Positions 13,701-25,430 of a DNA stretch of 64,000 nt are shown one piece after another. The notes under the pieces are model-generated. The model was not told the origin of the DNA. It did not search any database and was given only the letters and a program-made list of their open reading frames with translations. Each line of letters begins with the position of its first letter. Position 1 is the stretch's first letter. The translations under genes and the position numbers were made by a program. The stretch comes from Hyaloraphidium curvatum SAG 235-1 (taxonomy: Eukaryota; Fungi; Monoblepharomycota): assembly GCA_025558095.1 (NCBI GenBank), contig JAIVFI010000002.1, positions 558,001-622,000 of the forward strand, in the 5' to 3' direction.

Positions 13701-14597
13701 ATGGAGCATCTGACCGAGACGGTCACGGACGTGGTGCAGGACGTGTTCCGCAAGGCTGTGCCTTCCTTGGCGGCGGCCCTGCAGGCCCAGGTGCCGGCCG
13801 TCTCGGCCGGAAGCCCGGGCGTCTCCACCTCCTCCCCTTCGGCCCCGGCCCTCGCCAATCCATCGGCAACGGAGCTCCCGGTGCTCCTTCCCCGCCCGCA
13901 GCCCGTTTCCCAGGACGGTGGCGCCGGCCTGGGTGTTCCCCGCCCCCTGCTTTGCTTCCCCCGGCCTCCGAGCTTTCCCCCCTCCGGAAGCCCGGTCTCC
14001 GCCCTTGCTCCGCAGCCCAGCACCTCTGCAGCTCCCTCAGAACCTGCCCAGGGACCGGCAGCTGCCCCCTCGGCCGGCGCTGCGGCGGCAACGGGCCTCG
14101 ACGCCGCCCAGGCGGAGAAGCGGGCGCTGGAGGCGTCGCGGCTGCGGCAAAAGTACGGAGCCAAGCTCCAGGGCATCGACATTGTTTTCCACAACGGGCA
14201 GATGGTACCGGCGTACGAGCTTGCCGCCGGGAAGCTGTCGATCGAGGACGCCTACAACGAGATCTACGTCGGGCGCGATGGCAAGATCTCGGTGGAGGAG
14301 CTGGACAGGGACTTTGGGCCCAAGTGGCGGCGGAACAACAACCGCATCCAAACCGAATACGGAAGGCGGAAAGCGATCAAGGAGGAGCTGGAGAAGATCC
14401 GGCGCGGCCCGCCCGCAAAGTCGCCGACGGCGGCGCTCCGGGCCCTCAAGGACAGGTTCACGGACAATGGGGCGGAGCTGACGGCGCGGCAGGTGAGCGA
14501 CCGGCTCCAGAAGGCGGCGCGGGACGCCGCCAAGGCTGCGAAGGAGGCGGCGGGCGGGGCGGGGACGGGTGCGGCCGCGCAGGGGGCTGCGGCGTGA
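10783..14597 (+). CDS. CryptonF tyrosine recombinase with C-terminal GCR1_C DNA-binding domain; exons 10783-12354, 12414-12678, 12737-13003, 13080-13225, 13299-14597
   Basis: The spliced frame is open. Catalytic set R (DRSS), K (SKTNK), HxxR (THAGR), W (GRW), Y (ERY). ILLQDA motif. GCR1_C-like SIEDAYNEIYVG..EELDRDFGPKWRR..EYGRRKAI. 15-bp in-frame deletion (VLNAL) relative to copy 1. Confidence 0.88.
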
Positions 14598-14903
14598 CGG
14601 AAGGCGGGTCTTCTTGGGACATGGGGCAGTAGCGAGGTAGCGGAGGATCTTTTCGTTCTTTTCCCTGTGTTTGGTTCGGTTCAAGAATTGTAGGCCTCGG
14701 AAATCCGGTCAATCCAGTCCAGTCTGCCAGCGGGCGGCGCCCGCGGGCTCGCAAAACCTCCAGGAGGCCGGCAAGGCCGCCAGTCGCGGGCACCCTGCGC
14801 TGGCAAGAGCCGCGCTGGGCTCGTTGTCCGATTTTGCGGTCCGTTGCCGCGCTGTATCGCGGGGGTAGAGGGGTGGCGGCGAACCCACGGCACTGCCCCC
14901 ACA

Positions 14904-15226
14904 CATCCCCCTCCCGCCGGCGGGAACCCCCGGAAAATCCCAACGGCCAGCGAGTTCAATACCGCGGGCACCTCGAACGGGGATTTGTCCGGCCCTTCGA
15001 CCCATCCATCCCGTGTTTCGCCTCCGGAAGAACCGGCGCCCGACCGACGGTCCCCCACATCCCCCCTCCCGCCGGCGACAGCTCCCGGAAAACCCCAACG
15101 GCCAGCGAGCCCAATGCCGTGGGCACCTCGAACGGCGATTTGTCGAGGCTTCGACCCGTCCGCCCGGTGTTTCGCCTCGAAGAGCCGGCTTCCGCCAGAC
15201 GGCCCTCCCCATCCCCCCTCCCGCCG
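14904..15226. repeat. Diverged tandem repeat, units of 154 and 152 bp plus a partial third, inside the Crypton 3' region
   Basis: Units begin CATCCCCC(C)TCCCGCCG at 14904, 15058 and 15210. Confidence 0.85.
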
Positions 15227-15727
15227 CCCTCCGGTCCCTCTGGGAGCTGGTCCAAACCGGTGCAGCAACGGTGCCCGGCCTCGGCGCGACGCACGCCGGC
15301 CGGCGGACCCGGCGGCGCCGCGGGAACACGGCACCTCCCGCGGGGGGTTCCCGCCCGCGGCCGCAATTGCGGGCTCCCCCACCGCCACGCCCGCCGCCGC
15401 GGGCCCGCACGCCGGGGCGCCGCACGGCCCGACCGGTGCCGGAGTCGCAGCGCCGCGCGGCGGCCCGGGGGGAGCGGCGGTGCGGCGCGCGGGAGCGCGG
15501 CCGGCTTCGCCCCTCCGCGGTCGGGGCCAAACACCGCCGCCGCCGCGGCCGCCGCCGACCACGGCGCCGCGCAGGCGGATCCCGCGGCCGCGCTGCAGGC
15601 CGGGCGGGCGGGGGGCGGCGGCCGTGGGGCAGCGGGGGAAAGGCGGTCCGGCTCCGGGGGAATGTTACACGCCCTGGGTGGGTTCGAGTCTGGCGGGGCC
15701 AATTAGAGCTGACCGCGGAACTGGCCG

Positions 15728-15753
15728 GGGAATGTTATGCGCATAACATTCCC
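15728..15753. other. Perfect 26-bp palindrome GGGAATGTTATGCGCATAACATTCCC near the Crypton right end
   Basis: Read directly. A second half-site GGGGAATGTTA lies at about 15657. Confidence 0.9.
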
Positions 15754-15955
15754 TGCGGTCAGGGCGGCTAACGATCGGGCGGTCAGGTCTAGTTCAATTA
15801 GGCGGCGGTCAGGGGTTTGGGGGGCTGACCACGGTGCACACACACATATGTTTTATCCCGCTTGCCCGCACTGTCTGATTTACATCTTTATGCTTTATTT
15901 GGCGAAGAATGGAGCCGAGGAAAGTTTGACGCCCTCAAGGGCACTGTGAAGGAAG

Positions 15956-17250
15956 ATGAATAGGCTGAAGGAGCACGATCCCGGTGCTGGTCGCCGCGAG
16001 TTCGAGTTCCCGCCAGTTCTGGACCCTGAAGCACCGCGCAGATCCTTGATCGAGTTCATCGACTCCTCGACCACGGCCATGCTTCTGCGCGTGGCATGCT
16101 GTGTCTGTGGACAGAGGCATCTGGAGCGCGCGTCAAACTCGACGTCGTTTGCTACACTTGCCGCAACGGGACATCTGGGAATCCCGGCTCGAATCGCCGC
16201 TTTGCGCTACTTCGAGGAATGCGGACTGGTTGAGCGGCGACGACAAGGGCTCATAGATGGCCTTCTCTTGGAGCCTTTGGGTATCACGCAGGAGGGCACG
16301 CACCAAGCAGTGCTGTCGGTTCGAGGAAACGCTTCCCTCAGTGCCATAAGCTCACATTCCTTCCAGAGTCAGCATCTTTACATTGACTCCAAAGCGTCCG
16401 GGCCCGCAAAATCGCGCCGTGTGGGGAAACCTGGCCATCTTCCAAGATGTCGTGCGCCTTCTGCCGAGGACCGCCGCGAGCATTCGGGACGAGATCCAGG
16501 TCTTCCTCGTCGGCAGTGACCGGGTGCGGGTCAAGCCGGCCCTCGTGCACCTTTTCGGTGTCCGGCGGGCCTACCTCTTGGAGGCGCTGGAGTGGCTCAT
16601 CAAGTACAACGTGCACTTTGTTGACGTCGAAATCAGAATGGATGCCGCCGATCTGCCGGAGGACGGCGTACCCGAAGAGTTCGCGATCGCAACCGGCTCG
16701 AGGCCGCGCCTGGAATCCGCTCACGGGTCGTCTTACACCTCGGGAATGACCTTGAACGAAGAGCTGCGGGGCCCCGAGTACAGTGTGGGAGCGGGCACCG
16801 GACAAGACGCGCAGGATGACGACGACGTGGTCGTTTTGGACACAACGGGACTCGTCGACTTTGCTGCGAATGCCACCGGATCCGGCAGTTCTGAGGAGGA
16901 ACACCAGCGTGCCATCTTGCGCGAACTACTTGCCCGCACCGCTCGAGTCCAGCGCGAGGCGGGGGTCCCTGCTTCCGCATTTCCCTTGGGGCACGGCTCG
17001 GAGCCTGTGAACATTTGGGCCGAGGACAGGGCCTCTGTGTTCGAGCTGAGCATTGTTGCCGCCTTTCCGTTCGGTGTTGGCGGTCCTTCGGCTACGGAGT
17101 CTCGCCAGAACTGCGCAGCTTTGATGAAGCAGGTCGCGGATGACAACTTGGCCGGAAGGAGCTACGCCTTCATCTTCACGGCTCTGCAGCTCGAACGGCG
17201 GAGCCAGGCAGGCTTCCAGACAAAGGTACGCTGGACGAGGCTGACCCACG
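15956..17250 (+). pseudogene. Helitron Rep/helicase N-terminal fragment (DUF6570-like plus start of Helitron_like_N)
   Basis: FPP..ACCVCGQ; GNLAIFQD..LLPR..VRRAYLLEALEWLIKYN; AFPFGVGGP. Frameshifted, with no helicase downstream. Confidence 0.7.
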
Positions 17251-17496
17251 CTGGCGAAACCTTGGACAAGCCCCGGGTCAGACCTGCCGACGATCGCGGT
17301 TCTGCCGCCTTAGCTTGTCTGTACATCAAACTCCTCACGAAAAAGGTGATCGCCCATAAAGAATGGCGACAATATACATTTCTTGAGAGATTTGGATGAT
17401 CTACAAACGAGTGGGTTCAGGAAATGTGGAGAATGAGGGGCCCACCAAAAGCCATCTAGAAACCCCCGACCGCGTTCGCACCACCCGCAAAGCACG

Positions 17497-19291
17497 ATGG
17501 AGGCCGCCCAGACCCACGTGTGCCATGCTTGTGGTCTCTGCTTTGGCTGCAAGAAAGATCCGGTCAGCTGCGAGTGCACAGACGATGCGGCGGAGCGGTT
17601 CTACCGGGGAGTCGGCGAGGGGCCCGCTCAGGCGTGGTTCCGCTTTCGGCGAGGGAAGAAGCTACCGAGAGAGGCCATACCGGCTCTTCCCAACGACATG
17701 GCCGAGCTCTGCGGAACCTGCAATAACCACCGGCGCACCTGGGTGAGGGAGCATCCGGACGCGGGGAAGCGCGCGTCGAGCGCCTCGCCCGCGCCGCCCG
17801 CGAAGAGGGCGAGGGCAAAGAAGGGTGCTTTGCGTTCGCCCGCGGAAGACGAGGACAGCGGGGAAGATCGGCGTTCGCGGTCGGGTTCGGTGCGGTCCGG
17901 GTCGGTCACGGGGTACAGGGCGGCGGCGCACACGCTCTCCAGCGACTTTGCGAACGAGGAAGAGGCCATGAAGGATCTTTCCAACCCGCAGGAGGAAGAG
18001 CCCGACGGGGAGGATGGCGAGGACGAGCACGAGGAGGACGAGGACGGCGAGGAAAACGAGATCGGCTACAAGCGTGAGTTCGAAGCGTCCGCGTCCTCCT
18101 CTGCGGATCCTGACGCGTTCCCATCCTCGCAGTACGCGTCTACAACATCGATGAGCAGCTGACTGGGTTCCCGGACACCTTTGCGACCCTGAAGGTCGCG
18201 CTCAACGTCGAAACGATCACGGTCGCGTCCCTGCTCGCGAAACTGGCTCTGGCTCGCGATCCCGGCGGCGTTCTCGAAGAGTTCTTCGTCGGCTCGATAC
18301 CTGGCATGCAGTCGGCGCTCTGGATGTCGTCGAAGAAGCCCAAGAACGGCGGCGGACGCGCTTCGGAGATCGAGCCGATCAAGGACAGCGCGGCCCTGCG
18401 TCAGGCGATTAGCAACGGGTGCAAGAACGCGCAAGAAGGTCGCAAGGCCGCGAAAGACGCGTTCAACCTCTACGTTGTGACCAAGAACGCGATTGAACCG
18501 GCATTCCGCTCAGATAGACGGTGGCGCGGACATCGAGCCGACGGACGAAGCCATTGGCGAGGCGGCAAGGTACCAGGCCTTTGCGAAGCAGATCTGCTGT
18601 GGCGACGTCAAGCACGGGGCCGGCGACCCCATCAAGCCGGTGTGCGTCATAGCGGGCACCAAGCACATCAAGCTCAAGGCTGATCGGGTCTCGAGGTGGA
18701 TGAAGGAAGCGGTGGGCCGGCTTTTGGCGATGCTGGGCGCCGCTCACCGCCGCTCCCGCACAGGCCGATCCCGAGAAGCCGGCGGTCAACGAGCGCAACC
18801 CTCCGAGGAACATCGCGCTCTTTCATGAGTACTGGGCCGCTCGGGACTCGACGGAGGCGGACCTGGGGCTCGGCAGGCCGGTCCACGCGCACGCCGGCCC
18901 GGTCTTCTCCACCTCCGCGCCCGGCAGCGGCGAAGGGGCCCAAAACAAGCGCGCTGGCTCGCAACCACCTCCCCTCGCTCCTGCGTCGGTCCCTTACATC
19001 CTCATTGCAGCCAAGAACGGCAAGCGCGGCCGCGTCGGATCGGCCCAAGGCGATACCACCCTGTTCGACGCCCTACGGACCACCGAGATGCCCCAGAACA
19101 TGGTCGAGCAGATCACGGCCCGTAGAGGCGACCGCGGCGTGCGCTTCTTCCTGGACGGCACAAAGCAAGCGGCGGACCAGCTGACCTACGACGGCGACAC
19201 CCCGATCATCGACCTTCCGAGGCCCCCGAGCGTCAGCCTGTTGAAGATCTACTTCGAATCGTACGCCATCGAGAAAAACTTCGATTTCTAG
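17497..19291 (+). pseudogene. Multi-exon hypothetical gene with N-terminal Cys-rich Zn-binding motif, likely a TE accessory gene
   Basis: CHACGLCFGC..CEC..CGTC, an acidic tract and strong codon bias. Ends convergent to the Tc1 transposase. Confidence 0.4.
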
Positions 19292-19315
19292 GCGTATCTC
19301 TACAGGATGTGACGA

Positions 19316-20170
19316 TCAAATGAGATACCCGCTTCCCCGATAGCATGCCCGAGCCTGTCGGTCGGTCACACTGCGGCAGGCCAAATCAATCGGCCCCATC
19401 AGGTCCGCTTGCCGCCCTGCCCACTCGTTGTTGCGCCTCAGCCACTGCTTGACGAAGAAGAAGCAATGCTCGATCTGTGAGAGGGCGTGAATTGGCGAAT
19501 CAAGCGCCATTGGGCCGCCGAGTACCCACCGGATCAAGGTCAGGCGAGTACGGAGGAAGGTATACGAGGCGAATGCCGGCGTTCTGCAGTATCTGGCGAA
19601 CGCGAGGGTCGTGATGGAACCTCACGTTGTCCGTCACCACGACCGAGTTCGGCCCGGGGTAAGCGTGGAGCACAGGGTTCTGAGGATCCAACTGCACGTT
19701 GATCAGAACAAGCAGCCACGTCGGCGGCCGCGGCACCTACCAGGCGCTCCTGGAGGAGCGCGACAAACTCGTCGGCGTTGTAGGACCCCTCCAGCATCCT
19801 CCAAGCCTCCAGCCCCTGAACCGACATGGCTGCCAGAAGCGAGATCTTCTTGCCACGAATGAATGGGACCGCGGCAGGCGCCCGGAATCCCCGAGGGGAG
19901 TATCCGTACCGCCGAGACAACGTCCGGTCGTCCGCCGCGGATTCGTCCATGAAGACAAGCTGCCACGGCTCGTATTGGCTCATGCGGACGCGAAAGGCGA
20001 GCCGCTCGTCCTCATTCCGCTCCCGTGCCGAGGTTTCCAGCTTCTTGCGGGTGAAGCCGAGTCGGTGGAGGTAGTTCCAAACCGACGACATGGAAATCCT
20101 GGTCCCGAGCTCCTCCTCGATCCGGTCCTGGATCTCCGACAGGTACCAGTCGCGTCTTTCGTTCAAAAAA
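19316..20170 (-). pseudogene. Tc1/IS630-family DDE transposase (DDE_3), two introns, 5' disrupted
   Basis: LHRLGFTRKKL, VFMDES, VVTDNVRFHH, YLPPYSPDLDP/IEHCF. Confidence 0.88.
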
Positions 20171-20319
20171 GCGCGCAGCCGCTGTCGGACGCGTCAGGAG
20201 CGTCGGAAAAACAGGGCCGCGGACGCGTCTCCGACCTGAACCTGCACCGCGGTCAGCGCCCAGTGCCGCTCTATAGGTACTTCCCCGATGGAATCCCTGA
20301 TTGATCGTCCACGAAACGC

Positions 20320-20449
20320 GGTTCGGGCTCCGGGGTTGGCTGACCCGGGTCAAAATGCGCCGGGACCTGGCGCCGGGAAGAGCCTGACCCAGGGTAAGCA
20401 AAGTTGGGATGACCCGGGTTTGGCTGGGTGGGGGAGGGGTGCCGCCCTG
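20320..20449 (-). mobile_element. DNA-transposon end fragment (hAT-like CAGGG terminus); homolog at 25318-25430
   Basis: The reverse complement aligns with 25318-25430 (CAGGGCG..CATCCCAACTTT..CCCTGGGTCAGGC..TCCCGGCGCCAG). Confidence 0.5.
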
Positions 20450-20482
20450 GGAAGTTGTAGCTTTTTGTATCAACGGAACTCC

Positions 20483-21055
20483 ATCAATTTCTATGCCGGT
20501 CCCCTCGGGCCGGCGGTGCGCTTTTCGCAAGGAACCGCATTTCAATGGAATCTTTCAATACATCCAGCATGATCTAGTCTCTCTGCCGTTCTCGCTCGAT
20601 CAAGCTCGGCTCTTCGTGCTGGTAGCTACTTGCTCCATTTGGCTTCCGTGATTCATTAAAGAAGGTCCAGACCGTGCAGGACAAGGGCATCCGTGTTGCT
20701 GAAGAGGTCTCGAGTACGGTCAAATGCGGATCGAAGCATTGTAGGCCGCGTCCTCATCAACGACGTAGTGCGACCGTCCGGTTTGCGGCGACGAAAAAGA
20801 GCGAGACCCTTGAGCTTAGTGCTGCCCGCACCTAGCGCGGTCCGTAGCAGCGTCGGCACCAATTTGCGCGTGGCATTGCCCATGCTGCCGATCCTTAGCC
20901 CCAAACTAACTACCCGAAGAGGAGCTTCAGTGAAGCGTGCAGTCCGACTGGTCAAGTTCGAAAGCTTGCCATCTTCCTGCGGTTCAATGTGATCAAGCCT
21001 CAAGACTCCACCCCGGCACGATTCCGGCGGTGCTCAAACATCGGGTTGGGTCTGC
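20483..21055 (+). repeat. Left copy of a ~575-bp diverged inverted repeat (partner 28423-29007)
   Basis: Colinear alignment with the reverse complement of 28423-29007; both give ..HIEPQ.DGKLSNL.. translations. Confidence 0.9.
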
Positions 21056-22360
21056 GCGCCATCGTCCCAGTCGCGTGATAGTCCGAAACACCTCTGCCAT
21101 CATATGATTAGTTCCGAGTTGTTCCCCTCCCTTTGCATCGCGAGTTGGTCCAATCCTGGTCAAGTGCCTCCACTGGTGCGACGAACGTGACGATCCAAAG
21201 CGTCTGCGCCGCAACAGGTCGAATTGTCCTCGAGGAGTGCCTTCACGGCGACATCCGTCCGCGCGGGCGTCCGGTCCGGGCAGACTCGAAAGCATTAGGC
21301 CCACTCGGAGTCCGCGACGCCTCGCTCTGCCGTCCCGTGGCCTAAGCACATCGGTACAGCTCTTCAAGAACTCTCTGAGCCACGTCCATTTCCCTCATGA
21401 CCCCGTCAGTGACACGGAGTATCGAGCTGCACTGCGGCGCCGACCGCAGTCTGGCAGAGGGAGATACGATAGCGTCTTCCACTCGGCCGAGTCCCCGACG
21501 AGGGACGTTCTGCCGCCCAGAACGCCATGCTGGCGGCCTTTGCGATTGGAGTCTTCGTGGAACGTTTTTGGACCAACTCCGGCCCCATCTGGCCCACGAA
21601 GGGAGTGAGGGACGGTTGACGAGCGTATTCTCCTCGTCGTCACCCACAAAGACGCGTCCGTTGGCACCGATGACCCTCCACTTGCGCTCTATTGGACTTC
21701 CGAAGCGCGTCCGGATCCCATACTCTCTCGAGTGCCGGCCCTGCGCGGTCCCGTTATCCGCAGCCAACGCGAAGTCTGCCCGACTCTCCGGCGCGTTCCC
21801 ACCGACCACCGCGTCGGTAAGCGACAATTTCATCGCTGAACGCGTCGTAACTCGCTCTCCTGTCGCTTACGACGCGTCCTTCGAGGGCGACCGCGGGGCT
21901 GCACACCGAACGTCAAACGTCACTCAATGGACGCGTCACGATTCGCTCTCGGTCGCCCGACCGCGCGGCCGCTTCCAGCGTCATTCAATGGACGCGTCTC
22001 GACTCGATCCTGGTCGCCGCTGCGCGCTTGACGCGCTCCGAAGCGATGCGCTATCTTTTCCAATCCGAGATCACGTGCCGGTCAATTTCACATAGGCATC
22101 ACGTGACTGCAAAAAGAAAAAGAATCCGGTAGTCGACAGGTCTCTGCACCACTTTTCTCAGCTAAAGTTGCAGCTTTTTGTATCAACAGCCGTATCTGTA
22201 CAAAAAAGGACATCCATCATCCCGCGCCGGCCGGTGGCGCTTTCCGGACCATAAAGTTCCCGTTGGTTTAAGAAGACCCCGCTCTTGGCACCACTTTTCT
22301 CTCCACAGCGGACGCGAAAAGCAGAACGCACCCCAAAGGAGCGGCTCAGTCCTACGAGGA

Positions 22361-23368
22361 ATGCGCTGGAGACCATATTTTTATGTGATACTTGCCTCGC
22401 TATGCTGTATTGCCGCTTGGGGCCACCGGCCGGGCTGGTTTCAAGGCTACTCTGGAAGAAATGAAACAGCTTTTCTTTGCAGCCTTGAAGACTTGCCGCT
22501 TCTTATCGTCAAGACGGCTTATGAGCCCCCGTTTTATATTTCAATGTATCATCCCAATGACGATGCTCCTCGGGCCTCACTGCTCACAACTGGTCAGTAC
22601 TATGAGACTCCGGATCTGCATTCTATGGCCACCGTGATTAGAAGGTTCCCGCAGGGAATTGTGTTAGATGTGGGAGCCAACATAGGCGTATTCAGTTTGT
22701 TCGCAGCATCACGAGGGGCTCCTCGGGTGATAGCCTTTGAGCCAAACCCAAGGAACGCCGCCAAGTTACGCCAGTCAATTTCTGCGAATGCTGGCTTTAA
22801 GAATATCATTACAGTATTGGAAGCTGGTGTCAGCAATGTTACTGGCACTGCAGAATTTTCAGCACCTGTCGGCAATTCCGGTATGGGACGCATTTCTCAT
22901 GATAAGATCCAGCCCAATAAAAGACATGCAAAGGGCTTCGTAAGTAAGGTTCGAATGGTTTCTATCGATAGCAGTGTTCCAAAAAATGCAGAAGTTTCTT
23001 TCATGAAGATTGATGTTGAAGGAAACGAGTTGTTTGCTTTGCGCTCTGCCACTGCTCTGATACAGTCGCAACGAGTTCATGTGATGGTGATGGAAATCAC
23101 GCAAGGTGGAGGCTTTGAAACAGTTGGGATTATCGAATTGTTTGAATTTCTGTACCAGCATGGCTATTCAGCTGCTGTTGTGAAGAGCACCGGAGATCCT
23201 TTCGATGGCAAGCTACAAACTTTGCAGGACTTAAAAGAGAGTTTGCAGAGCTTCGGACAGGTTAGAATGCATCGTGAAGTCCTTTGTCAGCTGCTAACCC
23301 ACAACCAGGCACGAAATGTCTTTTTCGTATCTTCAACTCTGATGAAGCAACAATCTTCGAATGCTTGA
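22361..23368 (+). CDS. FkbM-family (Methyltransf_21) SAM-dependent methyltransferase with N-terminal signal anchor
   Basis: VLDVGANIGVFSL, VIAFEPNP, FMKIDVEGNE. ATG at 22361 is followed by a hydrophobic segment. Intronless. Confidence 0.9.
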   Translation: MRWRPYFYVILASLCCIAAWGHRPGWFQGYSGRNETAFLCSLEDLPLLIVKTAYEPPFYISMYHPNDDAPRASLLTTGQYYETPDLHSMATVIRRFPQGIVLDVGANIGVFSLFAASRGAPRVIAFEPNPRNAAKLRQSISANAGFKNIITVLEAGVSNVTGTAEFSAPVGNSGMGRISHDKIQPNKRHAKGFVSKVRMVSIDSSVPKNAEVSFMKIDVEGNELFALRSATALIQSQRVHVMVMEITQGGGFETVGIIELFEFLYQHGYSAAVVKSTGDPFDGKLQTLQDLKESLQSFGQVRMHREVLCQLLTHNQARNVFFVSSTLMKQQSSNA

Positions 23369-25317
23369 GTAACGCAACGCCATCAGACTTATTTGAGCCG
23401 GAACAGATGTGCCACTGGGTAGGCACACTACGTTACGTGGAGTTTGCCGGCGCTTCCGGTGGAAAGGGGATGGGGAAGCGCGTGACGGGCGGTCCGAGAA
23501 AAACTGAGCTCTATTGGCCTTCCGTAGCGTCTCCCAGACCGCTGTTCTCCTTCGTGTTCAGCACGCCCGCATGGTCACGATTTCTTCCAAAGCCCAATGA
23601 ACGCGTCACAAGCCTACGTTTTGTGCCTCCGTCCGAACTTCGTGGCATTCCAGATGAGCTGTATCTTGGACCGCTTCTCGAGGGCCTGGACGAGCTCGTT
23701 GCCTCATGTGACCTCGCTGACTGGCGAATACTCTGCTCGGACCGACATGGCGTGGGAGAGTACCCCACCACGTGAGGCTTGATCCAATCCGACTCAGAAC
23801 GCGGGGAGAGACATCCAAAGCGATTGCCACACCGTCCCTCTGCTCCAGGACGAGAAGGGAGAATTCCCCGCCTCAAGGACCATCCCAGGCGAGAATGGAG
23901 CCTCAGTCAAAGCGAGGCGATTCCATTCGGAACGCAATCCCAAAACCAAGTAAAGACTGCCGTTGCCTCCTGAGTACGGCAACAGGCCGGCTCCAAACTA
24001 GCCAGTCCGGTCGGAATCGTCGTCCTTGGATGTCAGTGCCTCCCAACGGCACCTCGCGTCTACGCGCCCGCAAATTCCACAAGGAAGCCCGCATCGCGTC
24101 CGCACTGCTGAGGCCAGGGTGGTCCCATGTAGCGAGGAGCAATCGGAACAGGACAAAGGTCCCAAAAGGGGAGGAAAAGGGAGATGCCCCCCGCGCAACG
24201 CGCCGCACGCCGCAGATCCACCATTCGCGGGCTGGGGTCGCTAGTGTCGAGCCCAAGAGGGCAGTCGGTGGGCAACTCGGACCGCGGCCACGCAGTATCG
24301 CGGCCACGGAGCGGAGAAAGGGGTTTGCCGGTGAGACATTTCTCCGTCCTCGGCGGATAGGGAAAACGCAGCGGGACGCGTCCGAACGCGCAGAACGCAG
24401 GGAACGCTAACCCCCCCTGTTCGAACGCGCCGGAACTGCGCCGGAACACACGCCTGGTGCCGCAATCCCACGCGTAATTTCCCGCGCGACCGTCCGTGCC
24501 CCACGCGCGCGGCCGTCCGCGCGCGCCAGGGGTTGCCCGGATACTCGTCGGTCTGCCCGCGCCGCACCGCGCGCCGATACCCGCGCTGGACCACCCGTAC
24601 GATTGCGTTTTTCCGCGCGCGAGGCTGCAGCCGGACCGCTCGTCCGGACCTGGGAAACGGCGCGCTCGTACACCCGTGCGAACGGGAGCTCTCCCATCGG
24701 ACCCCCGGTTTACGCTGCCGCCCGGGCGGGCCGGAGGGCGAGGGAAGAAGGGCGAATGCCATGGGGAGCCGGAGGCGTTAGTCGAAGCTTGCGGAGCGCT
24801 AAGGGCGGAGGCGGGGGGGGAGGGTGGAGGTGTGGGAGACCGAGATCGTGAGAGTTCTGTCGCGAAAGCACGGTGGAATGAGAAAAGCGCTGGAGCGAAG
24901 CGAGCCAACCTGAAGTAACGTGGTTGATCGGCGCGGGTCAACGGAAAGAGAGGCAAACAAGTCAGAGGAGCACGGAACGACCACCCACGAGGCCCCGGGG
25001 AGCGCCAACAGCACCTGGCGGTGAACATGGAGCGAGGCAAAGGCGAAAGGCCGAGGGCAGGAAGGGGGTACGAAAAGCGAACCAGCGGGTTACATGAGGA
25101 GACGGCGGTCTCCCATCATCCAGTCAGCACAACGCTTAGGCTATGGCCGCGGGCCATAACTGTACGGTAGTAGATCCATCCGCTTTGGCTAGCGGCAAAG
25201 TCTTCCTGTTCTCGATCGGCTCCCGCTTAGCGGACACGAATTTCTGCGGCTTGCTTTGGCATCGTTCCTCAGCCGCCGCTCGCCGAAGTTGCTTCCTCAT
25301 CATGGACTTGTCAAGTC

Positions 25318-25430
25318 CAGGGCGCACCCACCCGGGCCATCCCAACTTTCTGGACCCTGGGTCAGGCCGATCCCGGCGCCAGATCCCAGCGGATTTGGAC
25401 CTGGGTCAGCCCATCCCGGGGCAGAACCCT
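25318..25430 (+). mobile_element. DNA-transposon end fragment homologous to 20320-20449
   Basis: See partner feature. Confidence 0.5.

Larger units (their letters stand above)
10467..15848 (+). mobile_element. Full-length CryptonF element (copy 2); ends inferred
   Basis: GC-rich block containing the YR gene. ACATA direct repeat at 10467-10471 and 15844-15848. GCGGYCAG motifs cluster at both ends. Confidence 0.65.

Noticed and set aside
14600-15780. Many long overlapping ORFs in all frames
   Set aside because: Very high GC and repeats suppress stop codons; translations are low-complexity G/P/R/A. Treated as Crypton non-coding DNA.
21650-22000. Clustered ACGCGT (MCB-like) sites
   Set aside because: Could equally be TE subterminal repeats or a GC-content effect; no linked cell-cycle gene.
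20320-25430. The two CAGGG ends as TIRs of one element carrying FkbM
   Set aside because: They face outward and share no TSD; more likely remnants of separate insertions.
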